NCBI RefSeq assembly: GCF_006345805.1
Contig: NC_043010.1
Span: 2,542,001 to 2,606,000, forward strand
Direction of reading: 5' to 3'
Source: Octopus sinensis
Lineage: Eukaryota
Length of the DNA stretch: 64,000 bases
The position numbers and the translations under genes were made by a program. This document shows positions 12,940 through 25,262 of the stretch, piece by piece. A model generated the notes under the pieces. It ran no database searches and was not told the DNA's origin. It saw only the letters and a program-made list of their open reading frames with translations. Each line of letters begins with the position of its first letter. Position 1 is the stretch's first letter.

Positions 12940-13093
12940 CTGGTAATATCTCATAGTGAGTGGTGCTGGCTTCACTCCAGCCTTGTCCACTGTCACTAAG
13001 AGAAGACATGGTTGACATCTCATTGAAGTGATCCATTGGTCTAAGCATGTGCTGCTCTTCTTTACTGATCTCAATAACACCTTGGAGACTTCC
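12940..13093 (-). CDS. Protocadherin downstream cytoplasmic exon (GSLQGVIEISKEEQHMLRPMDHFNEMSTMSSLSDSGQGWSEASTTHYEILP-G)
   Basis: Acceptor ttctgtctttcaccattgacag|GGA and donor CCAG|gtaaac. The 154 bp are stop-free in phase 0, matching the upstream donor. The DSGxG and HYE motifs are of the kind found in protocadherin tails. Not in the ORF track. Confidence 0.85.
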
Positions 13094-13429
13094 CTGTCAA
13101 TGGTGAAAGACAGAATGAGTTCAAGTTGTAGTACATTTCGAAATTTACATGTACGCTTTAGTAGTACATATATAAATACACACACACATCTATACATGAT
13201 GCCCTAGCGTGGTCACAGCCTTTGGGCTGAAATGCATAAAAGAATAAAAAACATCTATATATTTATATATGTGTATGTATTTACATATGTGTACATATAT
13301 ACATGTATGTACATATATAGTTATACATATATACATATCTAAATTTACATGTGTATACACACACACACGCATATACATATATACATATATGTGTATACAT
13401 CTTTATCGTTAGAAGGCATAATACACTTG

Positions 13430-13696
13430 ATATAAGCAGTTTATCTAGTAGGGATTACAATTCACCTTAGGCATTATATTAAGTAAAGATAGAAAATAAA
13501 CATAACAGGAGCAGTTTATTAAGTAGGAATAATAAAATACTTAATATGAGCATTTTATTACAGAGTAATATTGATACACATAATATACATAACCTGAGTA
13601 ATTTATTAAGCAGGGAGTATAATACACATAACATGAGTAGTTATTGAGAAGAAATGATAATACACTCAATACAGAACATCAATTTATTAGTTAGGG

Positions 13697-13737
<41 letters not shown>

Positions 13738-13840
13738 CTTAATATAAGCGGTTTATTAACTGGGTAAAGTAATACATTTAACATGAGGAGATTATTAAGC
13801 AGGAACAATAATATAATTTTTATGAGCAGTTTGTTATAAT
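13430..13840. repeat. Degenerate minisatellite, unit about 36-38 bp, with an embedded (AAT)n
   Basis: Recurring taacatgagcagtttattaagcagg-like unit, roughly 9-10 copies. Confidence 0.65.
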
Positions 13841-14034
13841 TTTGTATTAAATGACAAAAATGATTCTGAAAAATATTATAAAACACTTTATGAGTTTTAG
13901 GGTCCCTAGAGAATGTTACATCAACATGTAGAGTGTTATGGAGCAAAAGTCTAATTCTTTTTAACCTACTGAGTAGGGTCCAACAATTACAGATATCATC
14001 ATCATCACCACCACCAGTAGCAGCAATAACAATA

Positions 14035-14255
14035 TTCTTTTCTACTCTAGGCACAAGGCCAGAAATTTTGGGGGAGGTGGGGCAGTCAATTAGATCGACC
14101 TCAGTATGCAACTGGTACTTAATTTATCAACCCTGAAAGGATGAAAGGTAAGGTTGACCTTGGCGGAATTTGAACTCAGAATGTAAAGACAGATGAAATA
14201 CCGCCAAACATTTCACCCAGCATAATAACATTTCTGCCACCTCGCCACCTTCACG
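14035..14255 (-). mobile_element. SINE family B (variant tail)
   Basis: aggcacaaggcc...gaaaggatgaaagg...gaatttgaactcag...ctcgccacc. Confidence 0.85.
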
Positions 14256-14959
14256 GCAGCAACAATATTGTTGTTAGTGCTATTATTGTTATTGTATTTT
14301 TGGTACGTCTTAGGATCATCCCAAGAAAACTGATTTACTACAAAGTTTGACAAGATAGGAACTTTTCTTTTCCGAATATTTCATGAATAAGGAACTTCAA
14401 TGGGTGTAGATGTTTACCTTAGCACGTGGAGTATACAAATAAAGTTTGTGCTTTTTTTTAGATATATTTCTTGACTTTTCAAAATATCAGTGAAATTTTT
14501 CACAAGTTACAACTCAAATTATTTTAAATGAAAACAAAAATAAATGACATCGGATTATATCATCCAACATACATAATCCTTAAGCCAAGTAAAAAAAAAA
14601 AAAACAGACAGGATCACCCTTGAATGTGAGTCTACTCAACTAGTGCTAACCTTTAGCTAAGAAACAACAACTAATATACAAATTTTAGTCATAGACATGA
14701 AAACAAGCACAGAAGACTAAACTAAAACATAACAATGTATAAAAGGCAAGGTCCAAAGAAATTAATGATTTATGTCAAAAGTTAGAGTACAATTTTAGTT
14801 GAAAAATCAAATTTATAAAGTTGGAAAACTTAATGTAAAATTTTAAAAAATAAGTGAAACATTTTTAACAAATAAAGGTGGTGCCCCAGCACAGTCACAG
14901 CTTCTGGCTAAAATCCATAATAGAATAATAGCCAACTTAAAATATGAACCATTGACAGT

Positions 14960-15195
14960 GTGGGTGCCATGTAAGAAGCACTCACTACACTTTGGAGTGG
15001 TTGATATTTGGAAGGGCATTCAGCTGTAGAAGCAATGCCAGAGTAGACACTTGAGCTTGGCACAGTCCCCCTCCAAAAGGTTGAAGTTCACATAACAGAC
15101 GACCAGGACGAACAGACAGCAAGGGGTACTGGAGACGAAACATCAAATCCATGCAAGCATGGAAAAGCAGCAGCACAAGGATGATGGTGTTAATG
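14960..15195 (+). mobile_element. Repeat family C
   Basis: gtgccatgtaagaagcac...gggcattcagctgtaga...gcatggaaaagc...gatgatg. Confidence 0.7.
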
Positions 15196-15432
15196 ATTCA
15201 CACCATTGCTTCTCAGAATTTCTTACCAAGTGCAATTCATTCTGTTTCTTGACGGCAAAAAACACCCCAAAAAACAGAGTAGCAACAGACTGGTTTTTTG
15301 AGTGAATAAATAAATTCTACACGTCTTGAGCACTCTGTCTCCCATGTGTGACTATGTATATGTGTGTGACCATATATATATATACACACTCTCACAAACA
15401 CATACACACATATATATATATATACATACACT

Positions 15433-15475
<43 letters not shown>

Positions 15476-16099
15476 CATTTCTGATATGCTTGCTTAGACA
15501 CACACTCTAGATTTCTGCATCTATATTTAAGATAAAAGGATTTGTTGACCTTGTACTTTGCCATCAGAACCGAAATGTTAGAGGCCAATAAATATATTCT
15601 TTGAATTTGTAACAAACTATATTATTGTAGATTTTTGTCTTAGAATTGACAATAAAAATCTAATTACATGCACACCCTGAAGTAAGGGGGGGGGGGATGG
15701 GGGGGAGAGAGAGAGGAGGTGATTGAGCAATATACAGCAATCTATTGATTTGGTTGGTTATATATAACAATCAACTTTATTGGAGATTTTTGTCTTGCAG
15801 CCTTACTAGCTTAAAATATAAACTGGTTATCTATACATGCAAATATATATATATACACATACATATATACACACACATTCGTAAACACATGCATATTCAT
15901 ATATGCATACATATACACATATATTCAAATAAAAACATATATTCATGGATACATATATACATATAGTTAAATATATCAATGAAAATCTATATGCATGAAT
16001 ATCTATATTCATTTTATATGTATATATGAATAGATGCATGCATATATATATATATATATACACATGCATATACATATATATATATATACATGCATATAC

Positions 16100-16132
<33 letters not shown>

Positions 16133-16224
16133 TGTATATATACATAACTATACATATCAATGAAACTTTATATACATAAATATTTATATGATTATATTTA
16201 TATATATATATATGCGCACGCATG

Positions 16225-16274
<50 letters not shown>

Positions 16275-16822
16275 CGTGTATGCATATAGTTACAGATAGC
16301 AACGAAAATATGTATATAGAGAGAGAGAGGTGAGAGAGTGAGTGATTTAAATGTATACATGTATATATGTGGTTGATTAATAACAATAAACACAATAAAT
16401 ATATATATATATTTTTTTTTTTACAAAATCTGAAATATGCTCGTTCAAAGAAGAGATGTAGTAATTCTCAATAAATCTTGTAATCTAACAGTATTCTATT
16501 ATAGTTTAGCTAGATACGAATGATTTAACATCTTTAAACAAATGTTTATAAACATTGTGTGTGGTAAGTAAAATAAATATTCTGTGTTTGGTTTCCACAT
16601 TGATAATAGGTCCTGAGCTCTCAACGTCAGCGAGCGGGATGTTGCCAATGTTTAGGAAAACAAGTTCTAACAATATTTCTACCAATATACATATCTTCAA
16701 TTGATTATATTCTATTGAAATATTGATTTCAACTACATTAGCAAGGTTAAATGGATCTAAAGCAATAATGCATAGTGCATGTGTGTGCATATGAGTACAC
16801 ACACACATATATATTATATATA

Positions 16823-17716
16823 TACAAGGTGGTACCAAAAAGTTCCCGGACTAGTTCTGTATCACAGCAACAGATGGCAGCACACGGTTAGCACAGTGAG
16901 AGCTAGCAGTGACCTTCATGGGGCAGTGTGCTGAGTGACGTCGCTGTGTCTACTTTGCAAGTTATGTACTTTGTGTTTTGTGATTGTGTGTAAGCTGCAG
17001 TCTGCGATTTTGTCACGGGCTGGAACCTGGAACAAAGAGCCAACATGAAATTTTGCATTAAACTTGGGAAGTTTGCTACAGAAGCAACGCACATGCTTCA
17101 GCAAGCTTATGACAATGAGGCAATGGGTCATCGCAATGTTTCGAGTTGCACAGTCACTTCAAACATAGAAGAATGTCCCTAGAAGACAAAGAGGAATCTG
17201 GAAGACCTGCCACAAGCATCACCCCTGGTAAAAAATTCCTTGACTTGTGCATGAGGATTGTTGGAAGACAATCAATGATGTCTTGAAGTGTTTGAGGGAG
17301 AATGTTTGGTGAAAGTGACTGGATCTATGAAGCACAAACAATTGAACTCTTCACATCAACTGCCCCCTGTCACCGAGCTCTTCTCACTTGGGATTTCTTG
17401 TCAAAAGCAACATGGTATCACTTCTGCACCCAGTCTCTTTGTCAGATTTAGCTCCCGCAGACTTCTGTCTCTTCCCTAAGATGAAAATGCAGCTCAAAGG
17501 TTGCTGTTTTAACATCATTGTCAAGATCAAGAGCAAATCGCAGGTCCTCAACTTGCTTACGCAAAACAACTTCCTGAACGGATTCCAAAAGTGGCAGCAA
17601 TACTGGGATTGGTGTATTATTGTGCAAGGAGGCTATTTCAAAGGAGAATGTTAAAACTTAGGTAAATAAGTTATTTTTTATTAAGCATAACCAGCGTGGG
17701 AACTTTGTGATACCAT
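16823..17716 (+). mobile_element. Mariner-like DNA transposon, internally deleted and decayed
   Basis: Imperfect TIRs (tggtaccaaaaagttcccggactagt / accagcgtgggaactttgtgatacca); translation EQRANMKFCIKLGKFATEATHMLQQAYDNEAM resembles the mariner transposase N-terminal HTH. Confidence 0.85.
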
Positions 17717-17721
17717 CATCC

Positions 17722-17945
17722 TCATTGCGTGTGGATATGCATATAATCAACACCATTGAAACATTTGTTTCCATGCTGGATTAGGTTGAAAGGTTTGACA
17801 GGTTCTAATGGGACTAAGGACTACATCCAGTGCTCTAGTGTCTGCTTTGACATGGTTTCTATGGCTGGATGTCCTTCTCAGCATCAACCATTTAACAACA
17901 TGTACTGAATGCTTTTATCACACCACCAGCACTAGTGAAATCACC
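17722..17945 (-). mobile_element. Repeat family C
   Basis: tttccatgctgg...tttctatggctggatgtcctt...aatgctttta. Confidence 0.65.
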
Positions 17946-18269
17946 ACACACAACAGGAGACTCTGAGAGGGAAACTTAATGCTTGAGAATGAGGAGCAGA
18001 GAGGTGTAAAATACAAGAAAAAAGGGCTGGAGCAGAACAGGTTTCTTGCTGTAGAGGAGCTACATGACTATTCACTTTTTAGAAGAGGGGTTGGGAGTTA
18101 TTTGGTGGAGATGGGAAGTGATGATACTTGCCTAAGGTATCATGGCAGGGGGAGTGAACCTGAAACCAGTTTGGCTCACACCCACATGGTTCCAGGTTAT
18201 GTCCCGTCTTGTCCCATTGTAAGGCACTTTGGTGTCTTATACTTTAGCCCAGGGCCAAGTAAAGTCTTA

Positions 18270-18525
18270 TGAGTGGATATGGTAGACAGAAACTGAAAGA
18301 AGCCTGATATGTATGTGTATATAAATATAAATGCATAATTGTGTCTTTGTGTTTGCCCCACACCACTGGTTGGCAGCAGGTTTTGATTTGTCTACATTCC
18401 GGCAACATGGCAATTCAGCAAAAGGACCAAATAGAATACCAGGTCTAAAATAATAAGTACTGGAGTTGACTAAAACCCCTGCCTGTCCACAGTCTCCTGA
18501 GTGAAACAAGGAAAAGCTAAAAGAT
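18270..18525 (+). mobile_element. SINE family A, 5'-truncated
   Basis: gagtggatatggtagacagaaactgaaagaagcc...gagtgaaacaag. Confidence 0.75.
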
Positions 18526-18844
18526 ATATAAATATCTTCCATGCCAGTAATTGTCACATCATCATTTGACATCTGTTTTTCCATATTGCCATAGGCTTAA
18601 TGCAACTGTTTCTGAAAAGGGTTTCACAAACTTGTTGTCATTCTCCATCTCTCATGTGAGGGCTAGCATTGAGAGGTCAGCCTTCAGCACTTTTACAGCT
18701 TAATGACTGAAAGTCTATAGACCACAAAACAAAATTTATTTCAAAACAGTTCACTTTGCTTACATATAAGAAAGGATCATCTGGTTACTTCTCATTAAGG
18801 AAATTAACATCTAGGAATTTGTTTGTGTGTATGTGGAGGAAATT

Positions 18845-18878
<34 letters not shown>

Positions 18879-19294
18879 TAGTTATTAATCTGAAACTCTA
18901 CTCTCCTACATAATTACAGGCTCCAAAATGACCTGTGTAATCAGTACTTCATTAATATTGTAGGATACTATCAGTCTAATATGTAAAAGCTATGTTTTTT
19001 AATACACATACAGGCATACATATATATATATATATGCGTTCATGCGAAGTTGTATCAATGTGTATACATATATGTGATTGTGTGGGTGGAATGTTTCTCT
19101 TTACTTTATGAATTATAAATATTATCTCTTGATGACTGCACTAGACCTTGTTAGATAATAAGAAATTAGACATATAAATATTTTGTTTGTGTGTGTATGT
19201 GTATTTGTGTAGGTATGTAAGTATTCAAGTATAAGTATTTAAGTATATGTTTATCTGTATTATATATATATATACAGCATTCCACTATATTGTA

Positions 19295-19615
19295 TGTTTA
19301 CAGAACCATATTCAGTCCACATCCTAGAGCTACAGTAGAAGATAGTTGCCTAATGCCAAACAGTGGGACTGAACTTGAAATCACATGGTTTCAAGGCAAG
19401 CTTCTTAACCACACAGCCATGCCTGGTGCCGGTGCCATGTAAAAAGCATTCAGTATACTCTGTAAAATAATTGGCTCTAGGAAGGGCATCCAGTCGTAGA
19501 AACCAAGTCAAAAACTATGGAACCTGATGCAGCCCGTGGCCTTGCCAGTTCCAACTCATGCCAGTATGGAAAACAGACATTAAATGTTGATGATAATGAT
19601 GATGATGATGACTGA
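19295..19615. mobile_element. SINE A head (minus) directly fused to a family C tail (plus)
   Basis: ...cttaaccacacagccatgcct|ggtgccggtgccatgtaaaaagca...atggaaaacagacattaaatgttgatgat. Confidence 0.7.
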
Positions 19616-19846
19616 TTATATGTCTGATGATGAAGATTTACTAAGATTCAGAGACCCATCCTGATATATGGCTGCATAGAAAAAAGAAAAACATATGATG
19701 CTGACAATGTTGATGATGATGATGATGGTAGTGATGACAAGGATTATGATGATATATGTGTGCATATACATATATAAAAAACATAAATTTAGAACAACAA
19801 TATTCCATACGAGTATATGTATATGTGTGTAATATATATATATATA

Positions 19847-20720
19847 TAGGGTGTGGTGAATAAACTGTCATCTAAATTATGCAAAAATGAAAATAACACT
19901 TGACATCTCATTTCAACAGATATATTTACCAAAATGACGTAAAAATATCTTGAAATACTAAAAAGTAAATTTATTTATTAATATCACCATTGGCTTCAAC
20001 CACTGGCCTCCAGACAACTATGGAATCTCCTGCAACTCTTCTGGATGGTCTCCTTGTTTAAGTTAATGATTGCTGCCTTAATCCTTGCCTTCAGTCCATC
20101 TTTGGTGTTACAAGGAGTTTTGTTGGCCTCTCGCTCAACTGTGCCCTGCACATAATAATCTGGGGGCAGGGGATTGCAGTCCGTAGAGTTGGGTAGCCAG
20201 ATGTTAGGGGTGATGTAGTCGCAGAAATTGTCTGACAACCATTACTGGGTTCTCCTGCTTGTGTGGCATGGTGCAGAGTCCTGTTGCCAGACATAGTCTT
20301 CTTGCAGTCACCCTCTTGACTCAGGGCAGCAACTACCTCTTTCAGGCACTTGATATAGGCCTCTGTGTTGAGTCTGAGGCCGTGTGGCAAGATGAAGGGA
20401 GGCATAACATTGCCATCACTAGTGATCATTCCAAACACCATGATGTTGACTGGATGTTTGATTTTTATCACTCTCAGTATATGTCCTCAGATTGACATCC
20501 AAACACTCGGAAATGTTTGTACTCGAGCTTCCGGCATGAATGCTAAGCAGTACAGTATGTCATTTCCAAATTTCTGGCAGAGTGAATTGCGTCATGGTGT
20601 TGTTTTTCTCACAGACTGTGCCCAACTGACCCTACTATTCTGTGTAGTCGACAAAATCAAAAACAAGCAATGCACGAAATCGAAAATATAAAATGGCAAC
20701 AGTTTACCAATCACACACTG
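19847..20720 (-). mobile_element. Tc1/mariner element, maT/DD37D-like, decayed
   Basis: TA-flanked imperfect TIRs (agggtgtggtgaataaactgt / acagtttaccaatcacacactg). Frameshifted ORFs KHPVNIMVFGMITSDG and IWLPNSTDCNPL resemble the WPPxSPDLNPLD motif. The subfamily call is recalled, not searched. Confidence 0.85.
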
Positions 20721-21922
20721 TACACATATATATATATATATATATAGTGACATCATGGTTTCTGTAACACACACATGTATAAAACATGTATGAAATGACT
20801 TTGTGGCCAAACAAATGGTAATATAAAGGAATAAACTTTGTATGTGGCCCCTGTAAGTTGAACCTTGTATGCTTTGGTTAATGCCCGAATCCATCAGAAG
20901 TATCCAACCAGCTCGTCATTGTTTCTTTGTCTTATTAAATATAACGATTACGATAAATTTGATTTAATCTCCACTGGTCGTTTTTTTCCCCCCCATTTTT
21001 TTCTTTTCCTGTGCTGCCATTCAGAACACAAGCGGCAACCATCCTAACTACATTATTTCAAACCCTTTTTTTCATTTCCCTTTTGGATAACAAAATAAGT
21101 AAATTGCAGCTGGAGACAGAGAGGAGATAAATGGTGGGGTGGGGGGTAGAGGAAAAAAGATGGTGGGGTGTTGGGGGGGGATATTTCATGTCCATCCAAA
21201 CAAGATTAGAATGAGGAAGGCAGTAAATCTGAATGATGATAATGATAGAAAGGAGGAAAGTGATGACGATCAGGATGATGCAATGATGCTGCTGCTGACA
21301 ATGATGACGACTATGACAACAATAATGGCAACAGTAAAGCATAACAATGGTGCTATTGATAATAATGAGGCATATTTCTAACAATGATGATGATGATGAT
21401 GATGGATCTGGCAAGGATAATGAAAAGACGGAGTAAAACACAACTAGTAACTTTCAACCGTCATGTTCTGTTTGTCTGTCCGTCTGCATTAATGTTCGTT
21501 TTTATGTTCAGTTATGATAAAAACAGTTTTACATCAATCCAATGGGTTACTCTATGCTGTTATAGTCAGCCAGGGGCTTAGCTGGCCAAAATTTCGAAGT
21601 CACTGTCAACGACATTCTTCTCTAAGAATAATCTCCCTCTCTCCCTCTCGCATGTGTGTGTGTGTGTGTGTGTGTGTGAGTATTTGAGTGGCAGTAAAAA
21701 TATCAACACTCCAGCTAGAAAGCTAGTCTTTGCAAGGAGGGAAAAAAAAGGTCCAAGTACAACTGCAATGGTTTACTTTTAGCGGCAAGTAAATGAAGTT
21801 GGAAGGTTGTGGAAACCAGACACTGGTTCCTTGGACAAAGTAGCTAATTCTATTCAATTTAACTCAGCCCTGTTTGGAGAGGATTGTCAAAAGAAGGAAT
21901 GGAGAAACAGGTGTTTCCCACT

Positions 21923-22155
21923 TTAAGGCGGCGAGCTGGCAGAATCGTTAAGCACGCCGGGTGAAATGCTTAGCTGTATTTCGTCTGCCGTTACATTCTG
22001 AGTTCAAATTCCGCCGAGGTCGACTTTGCCTTTCATCCTTTCAGGGTCGATAAATTAAGTACCGGTTATGCACTGGGTTCAATGTATTCGACTTAATCCC
22101 TTTGTCTGTCCTTGCTTGTCCCCTCTATGTTTAGCCCCTTGTGGGCAATAAAGAA
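21923..22155 (+). mobile_element. SINE family B, full length and young; the only plus-strand copy seen
   Basis: CpG-rich, with B box gagttcaaattcc; 14 bp TSD aggtgtttcccact at 21909-21922 and 22156-22169. Confidence 0.92.
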
Positions 22156-22277
22156 AGGTGTTTCCCACTGGAGGTTTACAGTTCAGGATTCTCAGGTCAT
22201 TCTCTAAGTAAGGCATATGGAGAAAAAGGAGACCCATCAATGTCAATGTAGGGGCTGGACTGCTGAGTATGCATCTA

Positions 22278-22496
22278 TGAAGGGATGCTGAAAAGTCCCT
22301 GGTTTTTAGAGTATCACAAAATGCCTGGTTGGAGGCCCAACCTTCTAAATTTTTTTACAAGCCTCAGAAAAACTGAAAGAATGCAGTAATAAGAATTTAA
22401 ATATGTGAGGGGAATATGTTGGATAAAATCTTAATAAACTGATCCACCTGTATTTTTTTTATCCAAATCCAGGAACTTTTCAGCCCCCCCCCCTTG
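22278..22496 (+). mobile_element. Mariner-derived MITE
   Basis: TIRs gctgaaaagtccctgg / ccaggaacttttcagc, TA-flanked, about 220 bp. Confidence 0.65.
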
Positions 22497-22754
22497 TAGA
22501 ATGCACTGGCTGAAAGGAGGTGATCCAAAGAGTAAACAGAATGCTGCTAGTACACAGGCCTAGACTTAAATGACTAATGACAGGTAACCTAGATGAGGCT
22601 GTATTTCTCAAGATCTGAAACACAGTGAATCCAGCATACACTACTGACATATCAAATCAATGCATTCATAGATGTATGTAGAACTATATGTGTGTGTGTG
22701 TGTGTGTACATATGCATGTTTGAATGTGTAATGTATATATATTAGAGGCACAGC

Positions 22755-22900
22755 TTGGTTGTGTGGTTAAAATGTTTGCCACCCATCCACATGGTTTCAG
22801 ATTTAGTGCAGCAATTTGGACGAGTGTCTTCTGATTTAGCTAAGCCTTGTGAGTGAATCTGATTGGCAGAAACTGAAAGAAGCTCATGGTGTGTGTGTGT
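22755..22900 (+). mobile_element. SINE family A head
   Basis: ggttgtgtggttaaa...ccttgtgagtgaatc...gaaactgaaagaagc. Confidence 0.65.
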
Positions 22901-22980
22901 GTCACCCATGTCTATTATTATTATTATCTCTCCCTTACCATGTCTTTCCTACAGCCATCAAATCACAACTATTAAAGATG

Positions 22981-23185
22981 TACCATATTTGATTGCATAA
23001 AAGATGCGTATTTTTTCCAAAATAATAATAAGAAAAAGAGTCTCCAAAAGGTCACCATGGATCTCTTATATGTGAAGTTAGGCCTATGTTACATACTTTA
23101 AAAACATTTTCCTCCTGAATGTGCGCTACTGAAATTGAGGTGCATCTAATATGCCTGTGTGTCTTTTATGTCATCAAATGCAGTA
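22981..23185. mobile_element. MITE with Tc2/pogo-like TIRs
   Basis: taccatatttgattgcataaaagatgc at the left; reverse complement of the right end is tactgcatttgatgacataaaagacac. Confidence 0.5.
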
Positions 23186-23904
23186 CATTAACTGCATCCG
23201 TCTCACTGGTCAGAGAGAACCTACAAAAGCTATGGTTACAAGCTCTACCTCCAGTCCAATAAAGGAAATACGAAAGAAAGAAACCTTGTTCATTGAATTG
23301 ACAGATTTTAATTAAATATTCCATACATATTGAACATTCAGATAAATATACCTTTGTATGCCAGAAGGAAGAAATATTTTCTGTATATATAGTATTTTAT
23401 TGCATTGTCATGTTGTAGATTTCCACATTCATGCATCCATTGAAATAAACCCACATACACAAACATAGAAAGAGAAATAAATAAATCTAAACACGCTAAT
23501 ACATACAGATATCAACACACAAACACACACTTAGGTGCCATACATGAATGGCTGAAAGTATACGTACACACACTCATAGATGTCTTTATGCAAATGTGCA
23601 CATACATGCATGCATAAACACAACACCATGTGCACATGGATACTGAGACATTTTTGTAACTGAGCCAATGAAAAATCTCTGCATGGATTAGTTGTCTTGC
23701 TAAAAATAGTAACCAAATCTTCCTGAAACATATACTATGTATTGTGAAATAAATGGAACACATTAGATAATATGAACCTATCGCTACAATATCTGAAAAT
23801 ATGACACCACAGTCATGGTTGGAATGTCTTTGATTACAGTTCTACTCATTTACATCTGTAACGCCTCTGTCAATCAATGCTGTCTATGCATCTGCATATG
23901 AATC

Positions 23905-24110
23905 CTTTTATCTTTTACTTGCTTCAATCACTGAACTGTGGCCATACTGGAGCACCACCTTCAACGGTTTTAGTTGAACAGATTAAATCCCAGTATTGAT
24001 TTTTTTAATTAAACCTGGTACATATCCTTTTGGTTTCTTTTGCCAAACCACTAAGTCACAGGAACATAAACAAACCAACACTGGTTGCCAAGCAGCAGTG
24101 CAGAGAACAT
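23905..24110 (-). mobile_element. SINE family A, 3' half
   Basis: ttttacttgcttcaatc...ccatactggagcaccacc...ctggttgccaagc. Confidence 0.75.
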
Positions 24111-24136
24111 TCAGACACAAAGACCTCCACACATCA

Positions 24137-24169
<33 letters not shown>

Positions 24170-24399
24170 TACACCCATCCCCACACCCCACACACTAGCA
24201 CTGACCACTTCTCAGTACCCACACCACACACCATCATTCACACATATTCACACACATCAGAGTCACTAGCCCCTATTCACACACACGTACTTACACATTC
24301 ACGCTCACTATTCTCATATACACACACATGCAGACCTTCACCTGGGATCACTAGCACTTTAATATCTCCCTTTCTTTCAAACTTTTTTCTAATCATTTG

Positions 24400-24735
24400 C
24401 CATGCTTCACTGCCAAATCTACAATTTTTTTTCTTTCTTGCTGTGTTTATCTTCTCTTATGTCTTTCTGTTGAAGAACGTAGGCTTGAAACATAAAAGAC
24501 TTTTTCATTTTCCCAAACTAATACACCTACTTGTTCATATATCTGTCTTCATCTTTTATTTTTCTAAAAATTTCAACTATAGATCACAGGCCACTACACA
24601 TCCTTTATTTTCTTTCTGTGTTCTTTTCTGTGGATGAGCCTAGGCTCGAAACATTAAAGACTTTTTCACTTCCCAAGCATTATACTAATACATCTGTTTG
24701 TTGTCTACACCACCTGTCTTCGGCTTTTGTTTTTT
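24400..24735 (+). repeat. Tandem 161 bp-period repeat, each unit with a hammerhead-like motif (Penelope pLTR-like)
   Basis: Motifs at 24461-24500 and 24622-24661, each followed by a similar ttttca..tccc..actaatac..ctgtcttc segment. Confidence 0.6.
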
Positions 24736-24927
24736 TTTGTGAATTCTCCCTATACACACACATATATATATATATATATAGACTGCCACACAGGTTCCAT
24801 TAACCAAATTCATTCACAAAGCATTAGTCAGCCCAGGGCTATAATAGTAGGTGCTGTGCAGTAAAACTGAACCTAAAGTTTCAAAGTAAGGTCTTAACCA
24901 TAAAGCTATACCTATAAGGATTTATTT

Positions 24928-25009
24928 CATCGACAAATTTTGAAATTCTAGTGAGTTAACTAAGTCCATCGACAAATTTTGAAATTCTGGTGAGTTAACT
25001 AAGTCCATC
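24928..25009. repeat. 39 bp tandem duplication
   Basis: catcgacaaattttgaaattct[a/g]gtgagttaactaagtc occurs twice with one mismatch. Confidence 0.9.
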
Positions 25010-25084
25010 AAGTATTTCAAGTCATGTGTCTAAGGGTTAGTCTTATATCTATCTGAGAGAACAGCTTTTGAAAAGACCTGAAAT

Positions 25085-25262
25085 TTTGTGAGGAGAAGGC
25101 TAGTTGATTACATTGGGCTCAGTGCTCAACTGTCATTTTATTGACCTTGAAATGATGAAAGGCAAAGTTGACCTCAACAGCATTCAAACTCAGAACATAA
25201 AGCCAAATGAAATGCTGTTAAGTATTTGGTCTAGCAAGCTAACGATTCAGCCAGTTCACCTC
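25085..25262 (-). mobile_element. SINE family B, decayed
   Basis: atgatgaaaggcaaagttgacc...caaactcagaac...ccagttcacc. Confidence 0.7.

Noticed and set aside
21130-21180. G-quadruplex-capable G-runs
   Set aside because: Such runs are common in this low-complexity genome and there is no contextual support.
23996-24637. 213-aa plus-strand ORF
   Set aside because: It runs through a SINE tail, microsatellites and a low-complexity repeat.
24928-25009. 39 bp direct repeats as a CRISPR-like array
   Set aside because: Two adjacent copies with no spacer in a eukaryotic intron; a simple tandem duplication.
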